A DNA stretch of 64,000 bases from Amphiscolops sp. MND2022 (GCA_964187785.1 OZ076413.1:47742001-47806000); one strand, 5' to 3'. Shown: positions 36,701-51,700, counted from the stretch's first letter. Notes: generated from the letters alone by a model not told the origin. Numbers and translations are program-made.

Positions 36701-39700
36701 CGAAACAGTCAAAAATCCAAAGTTTTTCAAGTTTCGACGTTTCATTTTGCGGAGTTGTTAAAGTTGTCGACCGGTTTCGGTAGTTAGAAAAAAGTATCAA
36801 TGAAAAAACATTTTATCAAAAGGGTTCTTTGAAAAATTTTAGTTTCTTGGTGCAAAAGTAAAATTTTGGAGACGTCGAATGTTTCCAGTTTTGATATTTC
36901 AATTAGATTCATTCGAACTTGGAGCGTTGAGGGGTTAAAAACGTTGGATTGGACCAGACAAAACAACAAGGTTCGAAGCACAATTTTGAAGGAGTACTTT
37001 GCATGGAAGAGAAGTTTCAATGGAAGAAAATACCTCAGAATGACCCAAAACATTTAGTAAAAATTTCAAGTTTTGACGATTTTGCAGTTTTTTTGGGAAT
37101 TTTGCGAACTAATTCGTGATCTTCCAGTAGTGTAAAAATCCAATAACGTGTGACTCACGGTGCTACCTGCGGTTAGCAGTCAATTCCGCAGTTTTCAAAA
37201 AGTGTAGGGTTATGCGTCGTAATGGAGCTCGTTATCCAGTAGTCGCTTCTGAAGATATAAATAAGATTTCTCAGTAGACTTTGCCTCAAGAACCACCTAA
37301 CGTCGTTTTTTACAGATTTGTGCCAAATGTTGTTCTTTTCACGAAATTTTTGTGCATAGAAATTCCGATGACCTGAAACTGGGAACAATAAAACTATTCA
37401 AAATGCTACTAGCAAAAGAACTGTGATAAAGTTTTGCGAAATTTAAAACAAAGCAGTCATAAATTCCGAAGTCCCAAACTAAAAATTACAGAGGCTAATG
37501 ATCGAAACATGTGGTAAACAGTATGGGTTTTGGAAAAAAATTGGAGACCTGTGCAAAAAAAACTGAATAAAAATCTCGAAATTTACTTGACATTGTTACC
37601 TTTCTTCCCGGCTTTTTTGTTTGATATATCTATTTAGCCAATAGGTTACCAACCAAGTAAGTATCTATGCAGTTCACCTTTCAAAAGAAATTTTTGCAGT
37701 TCCCAGATAAAAAAAAACGCTGAAATATTTGTAAAAATCTAAAAGTGTTTGACGGTTTCATGCAGTTCCTGTAAGTATTCACCATCGACTGAGTCCGGTA
37801 TCCAGTAGGCATTTTGGAAGTGATACGTGCAGTTGCTTGTTTGAAAAGCGCGTTAAAATGACTCGAAGGAGGCAAAATTTCAAAACTCTCAATTTTTTGA
37901 AATTTTAAGTGACTTTGTGTGTATAAAGATATTAAAATTTGGTGGCTTAGGTACTGGTATTCACTCAGTGCAACAACAAAAACTTTTCGGCTCTTATCGA
38001 TTTCTTAAATCAGGTGTTTCCTTCAAAAATTGTATAGGAATAATCAAAAGTGAGCCTTTCTTTTCTCCTATGCATTTTCATAGTTCATTTGCTACTTTTG
38101 AGCCTCTGAAAGGACTTTTCATGCCAACGAAAGCTTGCCTACTGTCTTCAAAAATATTCCGATACATTACACGAAAACACGTCAACGCACGTCAATGTTT
38201 TGGAACTGACAAACTTTAGGTTATTAGTTGGGACCATCAAGTTGGGACCACCATGTTACGATATCAAAAATATTTCCAAATGATAATTTCCCCATAATTC
38301 CCAAAAGTTTGGAAATACTTCCAAAAAATGAAGTTATTGCGAGCCATCTGATTTTTGAGTCCGCTCGGTTTTATTCTTCTCGTCCTTGCATGAGGTTGGT
38401 TTTACTTTGTTATCATAGAAGAAAGACGTAGACGAGATGTTATCAAAAAACAGCATGTTATTCTAACCAAGGATCAGCCCCACAGCTATTGTCTAAGTGC
38501 GTTCAACTAAGCTTATCGTCACTCTCTGATGGTTTTCAGATCAAGTTTTCAGGAGAAAAATGATCCCGCCAAATCTGAAATTTCATTCAATTGGGAAAAC
38601 GGAAAAGATTCTGAAAGAATACAGAAATTGGTTCTAAAAGGATAGGTGCATAAATTTCTATCCTTTTAGAACCAATTTCTGTATTCTTTCAGAATCTTTT
38701 CCGTTTTCCCAATTGAATGAAATTTCAGATTTGGCGGGATCATTTTTCTCCTGAAAACTTGATCTGAAAACCATCAGAGAGTGACGATAAGCTTAGTTGA
38801 ACGCAATGGGTTGGGTTGAGTTTACGACTACTGATTTTACGACTGAAAAAAAACGCACTTAGAAGACAACTCAAATGGGATTTTTACGAGCAAAATTTCG
38901 AGCAGCATAGAGCATTTTATAACGCTTTTACTAAAATAGAAACTTTCAGTTGCAACCACCTACAATTGTATGCTTCTCTAATGTTGCCTAGTCAATATTG
39001 AATCTAGCTCTCACTAAAACGTTCATCAGGGGTTACAATGTGAAACATGGGGAGTTTTTAACTCAGGGCGCTTCCTTTTAAAATTCACATCTACTACTAG
39101 CAAACAACTGAGACTCCTGAACTAGTACACCGCGATGTTTCCAGTATGACAACGCACTCTCTTTTCATCTTAAAAGTTGCAACGACTTCATTTTCCACAA
39201 GTCCAACCGACAATTGACAAATTTAGAAGGCTGCTTAGATAGGTACTACGTAGTTTCCACTATTATTTATCTTAATTTTCACAGTAATGGTGGTTCATTC
39301 AACAGAATTTTTGTTTCCTGCGAAGCCTAAATTTGCTGACGTACATTCTGGGTGATTGAAAACTAAAGATGAAAAATCAGCAAGTTTAGATCTTCCAGGA
39401 AACAAAAGTTCGATTGAATGAACCCCGGGTTTGCAATCAACTGTAGCGATTACCTATCGAGTACACGATTTCGAAAATTTCGATGAAAATTTCGTTCAAG
39501 GGACTATATCCCCTCTACTGAAAAGTCATATTCCGCTGGACGGCAGCGTGTCTTTATTCAAGTACCTGCCCACAGAATTGAAGAGAATTTGAGCAAAAGA
39601 CTCCGGACAGACCCCAACCGAACGAGAAGACTGCAGAAAAACACGGCCACTGTCAGAAAAAGACTCAAATTTCTGTCAAAACGGACTGAACTTTGTTCCA

Positions 39701-42700
39701 GCCAGTGCTTTCTTCAGCGAAGCGTTACAAGACGCTGTGATTACCGAAAATGAGTCAATTGGCTTGACCAAGCATCCGTGCTTGTGTCCCCGGCTAATTG
39801 CTGCCTCAAAAGTGCTAATTATGTACTAATTTTCGTATTTTCTCGTTGTAACAGCTCGTGAGCTACTTATTTCGATTTCCTGTGTAACTTCGAAAAAACT
39901 TGATTTTTCCTTTCCACCACTTGCATTTTTAAAGGCTATCTAAGCGTTGGTTCCGAAGAAAATGCGTAATGCGCGCTACTGTTAGCAATTACAGACTGGA
40001 TCAGGCCGGCGAGCACTTCTTAAGAAGCGGAATCCTCCTCTGACGGGACATTTCTTACCCGAAGGAGGCAAAATGGACTCATGGCCATGGGCGCCTGTCC
40101 CGGGCAAATACCCATGCCATGTGTTCCTCCTGCTCTTATGGTTACGACAATGGTGAGAGCTTGTCGTTACATGGAGAACACATTTTATGGCGACCACAGA
40201 AGGATCGCTTCGAAGTGCTTCCCTTAATGGTTTTAAAATAGCCGACCCTCTGGTGATTGACGCCAAGTACGACCCGACTCTGATGGAAAGAAGAGAGAAG
40301 CAGAGTTTTTCCACGTTTTTACCCTGTGTGTGTTATTGAAGACTTCAAGCCCGGTGGATAAAGGTAAATCTTTTAAAAGCGGTGTATGTTGTGATTTTCA
40401 TGCTTTTTCAGTAGTTGACAGGTAACGATCGAAATAGCCTACCCTCTTAACGGGTCACTCATAAAATTGGTCTAGCAAGCCGTTGGAAGGCTGATAGAAG
40501 TGTTAACAGGTGTTTTCTAGCCTTTTTCAGCTTTTTATGACCAATGAAGTGAGTGTTGAGAAGAAGACGATCCTTGCTCAGACGAATCTTACAATCTGCC
40601 GAAACGAGTTATACGACTCACCGATCCCTTTTCTCGTACAGACAACCTAGAGGAATGAAATTTGGTGGAGACGTACTACAAATGCTGACGTGTCTAATGG
40701 TGCAACCCGTTTGTCTCTAGCTGTTCTGGGTGATGAGCAAAAAGAACGAGAAGACACGACTCGTCAGTCCGGGTTGTATAATATTTTTGAGTCAGGTTGA
40801 AAAAATTTTTTGGGTTGCTCAAAATTTTGTATACGACCACTTGCCAATGTTTTTACGAGCCTTCTGTAACTAGGTGTGTGCTTTTGCACCTGTTTTGTGC
40901 GAAAAAAGTGCGTTTTTTCATGTATTTTCGACGAAAAGTGCCAAAATTGGCCATTTTGAGGCGAAACACCTACATGAGCGCGAGCGCTCTTGGTGCTAGC
41001 CACACACCTGCAGTAATTAAATAAAAGTAGCTCAGGACTCTAATGAGTTCGCAAAAAACGCGACGAACTGCTCAAAGTTGCCCGAAAAGGCACTTAGTAT
41101 AAATTTTGTGAGGAAAAAACCCCGTTTTTGGAAGACTGAACATTTTTAGCACTTTGAATTTGTGGGGGAACTTGTATAGAAGCTTTTAAACACCCCCGTA
41201 TGGTTGCAATTAGGTTGGGGTACACCTGCCGGTACCCAACAACACCCATTTTGGTAATTATAACCACTACCTCTAAAAAAAAGGTTACGAGAACTGTGAT
41301 TTTGAGGTTTTTCTACATTACTCTTAGAAGAAACCCAATTTGACTATTGACGAACACTTTTACGCTTAGAATAGCCCCCGGGCTATTATTTTCAGTTTAT
41401 TCAGTAAATTTAACGATCTACAGTGAAGACCGCATCCCAAAATTCCTTTTCAGTGCTGAGAAAAAGTAGAAAAATGCACTGAAAGACCTCCATTTTCCTA
41501 AAATCCGGACTGTCTCTGAGCTAAGGTCGGGTCATTGATTCTTGGACCTTAGCCAAAAGGTGGTTGCATTTTCATAACCACCACTAAAAATAACGCTAGA
41601 GCTGAAAATTTGGTGGACGTAACTTTCACCAAAATCGAAAAAAGTTCTCTAACGTTTCAACTTCAGGGGACTGTAAAACTGCCGAAATAATCCAAAACTG
41701 ACGGACTGTCGGTGCCTCGTGTTTAACGAGCACACCTAATCGAGGGTTTATCCTAGTACTACGAGTAGTGGGGCAACACGTAGGTCCCATTTTTTCAGCC
41801 CTACCACTTTTTGAGGTGACCCTCTTAGCCAATTTGTGAAAAAAGTAGTCCAAAATTGTGTTTTTTTTATGAGTGTTGTCCAAGTAAGGTCGGAACCTCA
41901 AATAAGCGTCCGCGCTTTCATTTGATGGTTTCACCGGCATTGTACACGCTCATCGACTGTAGCTACAAAGTTTCGTGTCGATCCAACCGGTACTTGGTGA
42001 GAAAATAGAAAAAAACGTACCACTCAGAAAGTTGGGCAAAGAGGGCAATTTTTCAAATTTTTCCTGAGTGATCCGAGTACCTTAATTGAAAAACGAGGTT
42101 GAATTGCCGTTCATTTCTATCATTTGTACCAGATACTACGTTGTTTTGCAAATTTCGAGCCCGCTAGTTTTTTTTCAGTAAAGCACAATCTTGAAATAGG
42201 CATGAAAATTGATGCATCTTGGTGACTAAGGGTACCGAACGTCCGAATCAGCCTGAATCTTGAAATAAGAACCTTAGCTTAGATTTGATTTTGCTATCGT
42301 GTAGTACACCTACCACAAGGTCAGGTGGCCAATTTTCAAGTGTCTCCGACGATTAGACGTTGTGCTCGAGGCATCTTAGTCACTTATAAAGAAATCTGAA
42401 AAACTCAAAAATTGTCTAAAAACTCGATTGTTTGCGAACTAGCTGTTCCGCAAGCCCCAAACGCACGGTTTCCGGCCCCACACCACGGTATCAACGCGCT
42501 GTGTAAGTTTCACGCCGGTACGACCCCTAGATTGATTTTTAACTTTTTCAAGACGTGTAAAATCATGAAAACTAACAGTTTGCGTAACCTTTGGAATTCT
42601 ATAACGAGAACATTAAGCCGCACGAACACCCGGCGATGCTCTAATCTCTCAAGAGGGGGGAAGAAGGACACGTCGCGACGCGCTGAAGCATCGAAAACAC

Positions 42701-45700
42701 CAGACCCAACGGGGTGCGAGATAAATCTCAGTGCAATATCAGACCTGACCTCAGACCCCAGGGAGGAAGATTGGCCAACTGATGACAGTTTCGTTATGGA
42801 ACCCGATTTTTCAGACCCCATGTCAGACGACGCATCGGAGAAGTATCAGGCCAAGCCGGTCGCCAGGACTACCAATGATATCGGAGGTTCAGCTGACGAG
42901 ACAGGAAGTCAGACCCATACTTCCAAATGGTTGCTGGACTTACCCAGCGCAGTCACACCCTATGGTGTAGACGACACTGGAGCGTGGCCCAACTCCAACA
43001 AGACGAATGAAGATGAAGTAGAAATGAGCTGCCTGAATGCGACGGGGCAATTCAAAGCTCCAAGCACTACGAGTGAGGGCACAGCTCATACCACAGAAGT
43101 ACTCCAACAAATGTCCTACATTGGGGGCATGGATTATGCCAGGGCACGTCTTCAAGAAGCTACGGCTCCCCGAGCATCTGGGAAGGGTAAGCAAGTACGG
43201 CCCCCAGCTTTATTAGCACTAACCAGTACTACAGGACCTCATGGCAATTCACGCTCATCCTCACCCTCATCAAAAGCTGCATCTGCCCGATCTTCGGCAT
43301 ATCGAGCCGTACATGAAGCAGCGAAAGCGCGCAAAGCTCTATTAGATGCTCAGATAGGCGTGAAGCAAGCTGCTTCACAACTGTCTGAGCGCAAGGCAAG
43401 GTGCGATAGAGAGCACCAGTCAATAATGGAGGAAATAGAAGCCGTGCAGGCTGAATTGCGAACATCAACTGAGCGACAAGCGCAAGGACATGAAATTCAG
43501 GCCGCCCGAATGGATGCTATGGGCTATCGAATGGCCGAAATGAAAGACATGGTGACCGAAAGAGAGATGCGCATGGAAGCTCAAATGCAAGAGGTATGTT
43601 CACAGATACAAGCAATCGGCACTATGTTGAAAAATATCCAACCTCGACCCGCACCAGCGAGCAACACTATCAAAGAGTTGCTGCAAGACACTGATGTAGC
43701 ACTGCCAAAACCCATGAAAAGCGTCTCCCTCAAGCCAAAAGAGAGTGTGACGACTGCAACAAACCCATCTGGCTCTAAACAGCACTTGGCGAGGTACGCG
43801 CCTTTGCCACAACCTCTGGTCTCAAATGAAGAGGCCGCATCAACCTCGACGAAATTTATCCCGTCTGCGGTATCAACAAAATATATTCCACCCACGACCA
43901 AAGCTCACAAGAAAGAACCAACGTGCGAGGTGATAACTATCGACACTTCAAGCATGGGTATCACCGGCCTGCGAGAGCCCACACGCACAAACGAGCTAAC
44001 TGAAGTCACCAGCACCTTCGAAACAGCAAATGCAACTTTGGGAGAATCAGCTGCAGAATTCCAAACCGCGGACGATGGGTTACCCCCGGGCAACCCATGC
44101 GCCAGCAGCACCCGACGCCGAGAAGTGACTATCCCCGAGAACACCGATGACTCTGTCAACTCAACGCGAGGCAGCAGTATCCCGCCACCAGCTATCACTG
44201 AAGAAGCGCCTATATCACCGGAGCAACTCAGGTTTACCGAGGCAATATCCAAGGCCATGTCCAAGGAACTGGCGCCGCTAATTGCTAATCGAGATCAAAC
44301 TAGGGTCCGCCCTACGGTGTACAAAGGCACTAAAGATGGTACTGTCGATGGATGGCTTCCAGTGATGAAGCGATTTCTAGAAAGGGTGCATGCAAAATCA
44401 CCAAAGATCGACAAAGCCTGGGCTATCATCGACCACCTGGAAGGGGAGGCGAGAAATTATATAATCAACAAATCTGAACCTGAACGGGAGGAGCCCGACA
44501 AGGTATTCTCTCTCTTGGCCAGCAGGTTTGGAACTGGTGGAAACCGTATGCACGTCAGGCAAACCTTCATGTCTCGCGTCCAACAGGAAAAAGAGGATTG
44601 GATGCAATTCTTGGACGCATTGGAAGGTCTGCGCACCCAAGGTTTCCCAGACGAGCCTATCACTACACGTCGTTATGAGATCCTGCAACGTTTTATAGAT
44701 GGCGTCAATGACCCGACGCTGCGACAAGAGTTGGCCGTGGTGTACGCTGCGGAGACGTATTTGACTGAGCCACCAACTGTAGAATCCCTGAGATTCACCA
44801 CGAGACAATTGCAACGGCATCGCCCAAACACGTCAAAACCTTACGACCCAAGGTATGCAATGAGATCAAGGCCTAATCCTTTCGTGCCAGGGAAATTGGT
44901 TCACCCGGCACCAGGCCTACCACAAAATGTACTGCCTCCAAACCAAGGACAGCGAGAGGCAAAGCCCCAAATGGCCCCACCAGGCCCTGCATCGGTAAAA
45001 CAGGCTCCTGCACAGCAGCAACCAGCGAGAGTGATTCCCCAAGGAGCATGCTTCAACTGTGGACTACCGGGTCACTTTGCGAGGGAATGCCCAAATCGAG
45101 ACCTAGCAAGGAAACCCGCGGCTCGCGCTGCACCCGAAGAGCGAGTGAACCTGTGTGAGAACAATGTGGCCTCGGCATGTTCCGGTCCTATGTTCTGTGT
45201 CAATTGTGGTATGACTGAACACTCAGCATCACAATGCCAAAACCTTCCAATACATGAAGACTTGGCCTACAGCCTCTGAGCTGAACAGCCATCCGCTTCT
45301 CAAACGATGAGTGACGGTGAAATGGTACTCATGCTACGCCCTGCTGAAACAGCCCACGTGGCGACGCCTCTTACCGTCACATGTGGCAAAATCCAAATCC
45401 AGACGAACCCAGAGCCAACTACTTTTGATCCCTCGGGACGCACTATCATGTCTGCCCGACTACTGTTGGCGGTCGAGAGAGAAACCCGCCCCGAACTCAC
45501 CATGGACGCTCTGATAGAAGAGATGACCGCAAACGAGAATTGCCGGCAACTGACTCTGCCCCAACCGGAAGAGTGGCAAGTGAAAGGTGTCACTTCGACG
45601 TATCATGCCTATTCTCCGATTCCAGTCAAAGTCTGCATAGATGGTGTTGACATGCGTTTTGGCGCCACTATTATTACTGATGCGTTTCCTCCTGGAATCT

Positions 45701-48700
45701 GCTTGGGACCGCAAGAGCTGCGCTGCTATAACATTGATGCTCAAGAACCAACTGGTGAAGCGAGAATCGATGAGCGTGCGTCGCTCGTGGTTTCATTCGT
45801 GGTTCCCGATGCTGCTCCCGTGCCATTACGTGGTCTAATAGACACTGGATCAGGAGTATCCATCCTCACCTTCTCAGCCTACAATCGAGTCGCCGTGCGC
45901 ACTGGCACACTCTTACGACCTTATGGTATTGACTTATATGCCGCGAATGGGAAGACGATCAAAACTTTTGGTCTAGCGGAGAAAGTCAAATTCCAATTGG
46001 GAGGCTATGAATTGGAAACTAACTTCGTGGTAGTTGATGACGCTATGGGAGTGGAAGACTTCCTCCTGGGCAGAAACTTCCGAAGAGCTTATCAAGTCTT
46101 GGTAGACCTAACCGCGATGAAGGTAATTGTCCGAGCTCCCTCTGAACCGATGTGGTACCATGCCCACGCGCAAGTAAGTAACGAATCGCTCAATTCGTCG
46201 GTAGCGATTGCACAGGACGTAGTGTTGCAACCTTTTGAACGCGCGATACTACGCGCTAGATTGCTTGTAGACAACTTAGAACCTTTCATGTTTCGAACCG
46301 TGCTGATCAATTTTCAAACACCTAACCGAATGTTAAAAAACGCCATCTTTTTAGAGGACACCGTGGCGACCGTGGGGGAAACTGGTTTCCTTTACGTCAG
46401 TTTAGGAAATCTCACCAGCAACGTACAGCGGATCAAAAAGGGCACCCTTTTGGGAACCGCGGTACCCGTGACGATGGTTCATAAAGCCATCCCCCAAATT
46501 GTCCCCGGACAATCAAATGAAACTCTGCAGTTAAATGCAATTTATGTTTGTAAAGTTTACGAACAGATGAACCTTGATTCTTCTTCTGAATATAGTTCTT
46601 CATCTGAATTTGAGTTTTTGTCCTCTACCGAACCGTCAGAACTAGGCTTGTCCGAGCGTGAAATAAAAAAACGAACCGATCCGGCGCTAATGGCTCCGAT
46701 ACCGGGCCCGGAAGCACAACTCGACGAATTGCGCGGTTTGTGGGGATCGACCGCCAGCGACACGCTTAGTAAACTTTTGAACGAATTTGATGATTTGTTT
46801 ATGAAATTCAAAGCCGACATTGGCAAATGCAAAATCGCTAAGCACCCGGTGGAAGTAGAGCCAGGGGCTATACCTCACCGTGAAGGTGCAAGACGAATGT
46901 CGCTTGACAAGGCAGAACGTGCTAACCAAGAAGTCCGTGACTTGCTAGCTTTGGGAATGATACAACCTTCCCTATCCCCTTGGGCGAGTGGAATTGTTAT
47001 GGTCAAAAAGAAGAATGGTGAATTGCGATTCTGTTGTGACTTTCGACCACTTAATGAAGTGACCATCAAAGACGCTTATCCTTTGCCACGTATCGATGAG
47101 AGTCTATCCCGATTGGGCAAAGCCAAAATCTATACCAGTATTGACTTGGCATGGGCATTCTGGCAAATTCCTGTCCGAAAAGCCGATCGTCAAAAGACTG
47201 CCTTCGCTTGTGAACTTGGGTTATTTGAGTGGCGGCGTATGCCTTTTGGTATGTGTAACGCATCAGCAACATTTCAACGGGCAATAGCGCGGGCGCTACA
47301 AAGAATAGTGAACCGCGAAGGAAGTATGGTTATGGCCTATATCGATGACATTGTGATTGCTACCGAGACCATCGAGGATCACATGGATAGACTACGCGAA
47401 GTATTCCAATGCCTGCGTGAGGCCGGCTTCAAAATGAGAGTCTCCAAGTGTGATTTTATGAAATCAGAGATCAAATATTTGGGCCGAGTTGTATCCGCAG
47501 ATGGTATCAAGCCAGATCCAAAAGCTGTCGCCAAGCTGAAAGATTGGGATATCCCGCGAACCAAAACTGAATTGCAAAGTTTCTTGGGTTTTGCCAACTA
47601 CTATCGGGATTTTATCCCATGGCATGCAAAGCTAGTTGCCCCTTTACATGCGATAACGGGCACAGGCTCTCCATTTTTATGGGGGGAGGAGCAGCAGCGA
47701 GCCTTTAACAGCATCAAAGTGGCACTAATGGAAGCCACTGCTCTGTTGCAACCCGACACTGAAGGCGAATTTGTTCTTGACACCGATGCTAGTGGTGTAG
47801 CTATATCAGGCAATCTTCACCAATGGCAAGGACCACCTGAGAGTCGCAAATTGCGACCGATTGTATTCGGAAGCTAGAAGTTAACCTCTACGCAAGCAAA
47901 ATATGGAGCCCCAAAACTGGAAATGTACGCTGCATACTATTTCATCTTGAAAAACCACAGCTACTCTGTCCACGGAAATTCACACTGAGGGTCGACAATC
48001 AGGCCCTATCCTGGCTAAAGACATATTCGATGGATCAGGCGATTATTGGTCGATGGATTATGGCTCTTGAAAAATATCACTTCAGTATTGAGCACCGACC
48101 CAGAACGCAACATCGAAATGCTGATGGTCTTAGCAAACGAACAAATGACTACAAAAAACACGAAAAGCAATTAAAGGGTTTACCCGCAATTGCAGACAAA
48201 TGGGATTTCCTATCACAAGAGGAATACAACAAACTCCCGCTAGCCCCATGGTTTGATGTCCACGGACGTGTGATACCAAATCACCCAGAATTGCCTGCAC
48301 ACTTGCAGAGGTTGGCTGGCCAAAGTTCACCCGAAACCACAGTTGCCGCTCCCACGCGAAGGAGCGGACAAAGCAAACGAAGTGCGATCATGCGCGACGA
48401 AGCCATGAGAGCACCCCTACCTACATTGCCAAAACCAGAATTGGCACTGCCTGCCGAACTTTATCCAGAGTATCCTGAGGATTGGTTGGAACTGACCGAG
48501 GAATATCAACGAGATTATTTGCTCCCCACGCATGCTGCTAACGTACCATCAAGAACCACTTATTCACTGACGGAAAAGCAAGCAACTAGCACTGCACCAG
48601 AGCACGTAAAACAAGCCGCGTTTGTGGTAAACAGCATATCGATGGAATTGCATGAACATGCTAACACAGTCCATGGGTTGAAAGATCTACTACTGGCACA

Positions 48701-51700
48701 AAACCGTGACGTCCACGTCTTGGCTATCAAGAAATTGGTAATGCAAGAGTCAATAGATCATGACATCTTTCCGGAAAATGTACGTGCCTTTGCCAAAAAC
48801 TACCACAAACAGAAGAAGAACCTTCTGCTGGTAAACGCCAACGGGGTTTTGTGTGTAAAGTACTCCAAAAGTCAAAGAGCTTTGCATGAACGCCCCTGCA
48901 TGATAGTGATGCCCCAATTGTATCAGCATGAGATATTGTTCAAGGCCCACAACGCGATCGGACATCAGGGCATCGCGAAAGTCTTGGCCAGAATTCAAGA
49001 GCGCCACACTTGGCCAGGCATCCGCTGCACCATTGGACAATACGTCAGCCAATGTATCACTTGTCAACAAGTACGTGACAAGCCTGGTGATGTACGCTTT
49101 CACTTGAAAAATATCCAAAGCGGCTATTTTAACGAGCTAGTCCAATTTGACCACATGAAAATTTGTCCCTCTGACGATGGTAACACAGGGATCTTGGTTA
49201 TTATTGATCATTTCTCTAAGCTCGCAGAAGCTGTGCCGTGCAACCACGATGAGTATGATGCAGCGACCACTTCAAAATTGTTGTTGCAGAAATGGTTTGT
49301 CCGCCATGAAACACCGACGAGAATGCAGTCAGACAATGCTCCCAACTTCACCGCGGCAGTATCTGCTGAGTTTATGAAAGCCGCCCAAGTGACCAAAGTA
49401 ACCTCAACTGCTGGCCACCCCAAGACTCAAGGGTTGGTGGAGCGACAAAACTGAACGTTACTCACCCTACTGCGTGTATTCTGCTCTAGACGAATGCGTG
49501 ATTGGGACCAGTATTTAGATGAAGTCATGGGTGCATACAACTCCACACGTCATGCCACTACTGGGTTCTCCCCGTATATGCTGACCAGAGGCAAGGAAAA
49601 AGCTATACCCCTGACTTTCTTGTATCCCGAATTTGCAACTCAGTCATTCGAATCACACGAAGCCTATGTGGAACATGTGCTGGCTCGACAGCAAGAGATT
49701 CATGACTTGGTCCGTCGCAACACGCATCAAGCCCAGCAGCGACAAAAGTTGAAATACGACCGAGCAATTCGTGCTAAAGCCTATGAAGTGGGCGAACCTG
49801 TTTGGGTATTCTGCCGATACATTCCTCAAAAAAGATCTCCCAAATTAATGAGAGCATGGCGTGGTCCTCACAAAGTAGCACGAGTGCTACAAGAGGGACG
49901 TGTCTACATACTTGACACTGGTCAGAAAGTACATTTCGAACGATTGAAACCGCACCATGGTGGTCCAAAAGAATGGGCAGCTGTTCCTGCGCATAACGGC
50001 GAGGTTGCTATCATCATGGACCCTGACCCAGAACAATCCCACGAGGAAGTGAGAGACGATGCTTCGCAACCTTCTTATCGTGCGGAGGAACCAGTTTCAG
50101 AAGCCAGTAATGCCTCTTTGCCTTCTCGACAAAGACATTGGATGGACACACGGTTGCGCACACGCATGCGCGCTGGTGGCAGCCGCCTACATTATCAACA
50201 ATTTGACTATTCTTCGACTGAGTCTGACGACGAACGTTCTGATGTACTCCTGTCGAGTGTTCAGGCTAATCCCGATGAGAGTGCTATCTTATCATCACAT
50301 GTGGATGAACCTGTGCCTATTCTCGAAATACCAATATCACCACTGCCTACTATGGAGGCTCTATTCTCAGAGAATGAAGCAGTGCCCGACGTCTTGGATA
50401 TTGCCCCAAATCCTACTATCCACGCACCCACCAAAAGTGCCGGCACCTCTCTGACCGGTACATCCGCCCCATTATTGACAAATCCATCTCTTACGGATAT
50501 TTTGAGTAACTTTCCCATTTGGCCCCTAATCGACGACAATGTTCTCAACCCCACCTTAGACGACAATTGTACTGAAGCACCAATGACCAATGACGAAAAG
50601 GGATTTATTCCCCCTACGACAGTTCCCACCAACAACAACGCAGCTACTACCACGAAACTCTCCAATGCTCCTAGAGGGCATAGACCGCGGGGACGTCCGC
50701 CAGGCAGAGCGAGGCCACGAGCCTCGCTGCCACGTGGCCACCAACAGAGAGGTGCTATTAGACGCGCTCGCAAAAGAGGCCGTCCCAGAGGAAGACCTCC
50801 TCGTACAACACACGCCAGACCTAACACCCCTACCCGTGTTCGTCGCACTCCATCTGTGGACACCGACTCTTCTGCCCCTAGCGCGGCGGTTACCTCAGAT
50901 CAAGCAGCACCGCCGGAATCAACCAACGCTCGATATGGCCTGCGACGCAATCGTATTCCCAGATATCGTTGCGGAACATGTGGCCTACGAGACTGCGAAT
51001 GTAACTACATGGTCCACGCGGGCTTCCCAATTAAACCCCAGGGAGTCCTGCTAGCACGTGAACAGGAGAAATCGCTTCCAAGCGGCACGGTTGACCGTTT
51101 GGTTATTCGAGCCGAGAAGACTTATACTGGGCTACAACGCAGCGACACTCCCTATCCTGTGGACTATATCCTATCCAAAATGAAAGATTCTACGATAGCA
51201 AAGGCCCCGTGCCCAAAGTTCAAGGAGTGGACCTATGATCTCATTGGATTGGAATTCACATTACCTATCACTGTTCCCCCCTTGCCTACAAATATCGCTT
51301 TTGGTCCTTTCAACTATGAACGAGAGCCTATCCAAATGGTACGCTGTATTCCTGCTGACCTTTTGTATGACAAGTACAACGTCATAGCAAAACCAGGAGA
51401 CGTTTATCAGCCTACAACCAACTGGTGGCTACCAATTACGGCCAAACAAGTGTCCGACCTGGTTCATCCCAATGACTTGAACACCTGTCTGGAGAGTTTG
51501 CGGACAATGGCCTATCCTGATAGAATCACTTGTTTCCACACAATAGACCTGTATCGTGGTAAAATTAAGTTTGAATGGTGGCTGGAACTTATCATAGCAG
51601 TCTTATCGAACTTTTCACGAATCCGATTCCTGGACGAATGGACGCACTCATTTCCTAGTCCTGTATCACTCCAATCAGCCCTCCACGCACTGGATACATG

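Noticed and set aside
40172..40187. TGGAGAAC... directly after the LTR as the canonical PBS of C
   Set aside because: The equivalent position in B starts TCTAGG, and both elements have a better tRNA-like TGGCG.. 18-mer 16 nt further on. Not fully excluded without the host tRNA set.
42412..42564. TTG-initiated N-terminal extension of Gag in the ORF track
   Set aside because: Eukaryotic context; the ATG at 42565 gives an N-terminus parallel to that of B.
45277..45279. TGA between gag and pol of element C as a programmed readthrough site
   Set aside because: It aligns with a Trp codon in the intact element B, and C has several other nonsense/frameshift lesions, so it is most simply a TGG>TGA mutation.
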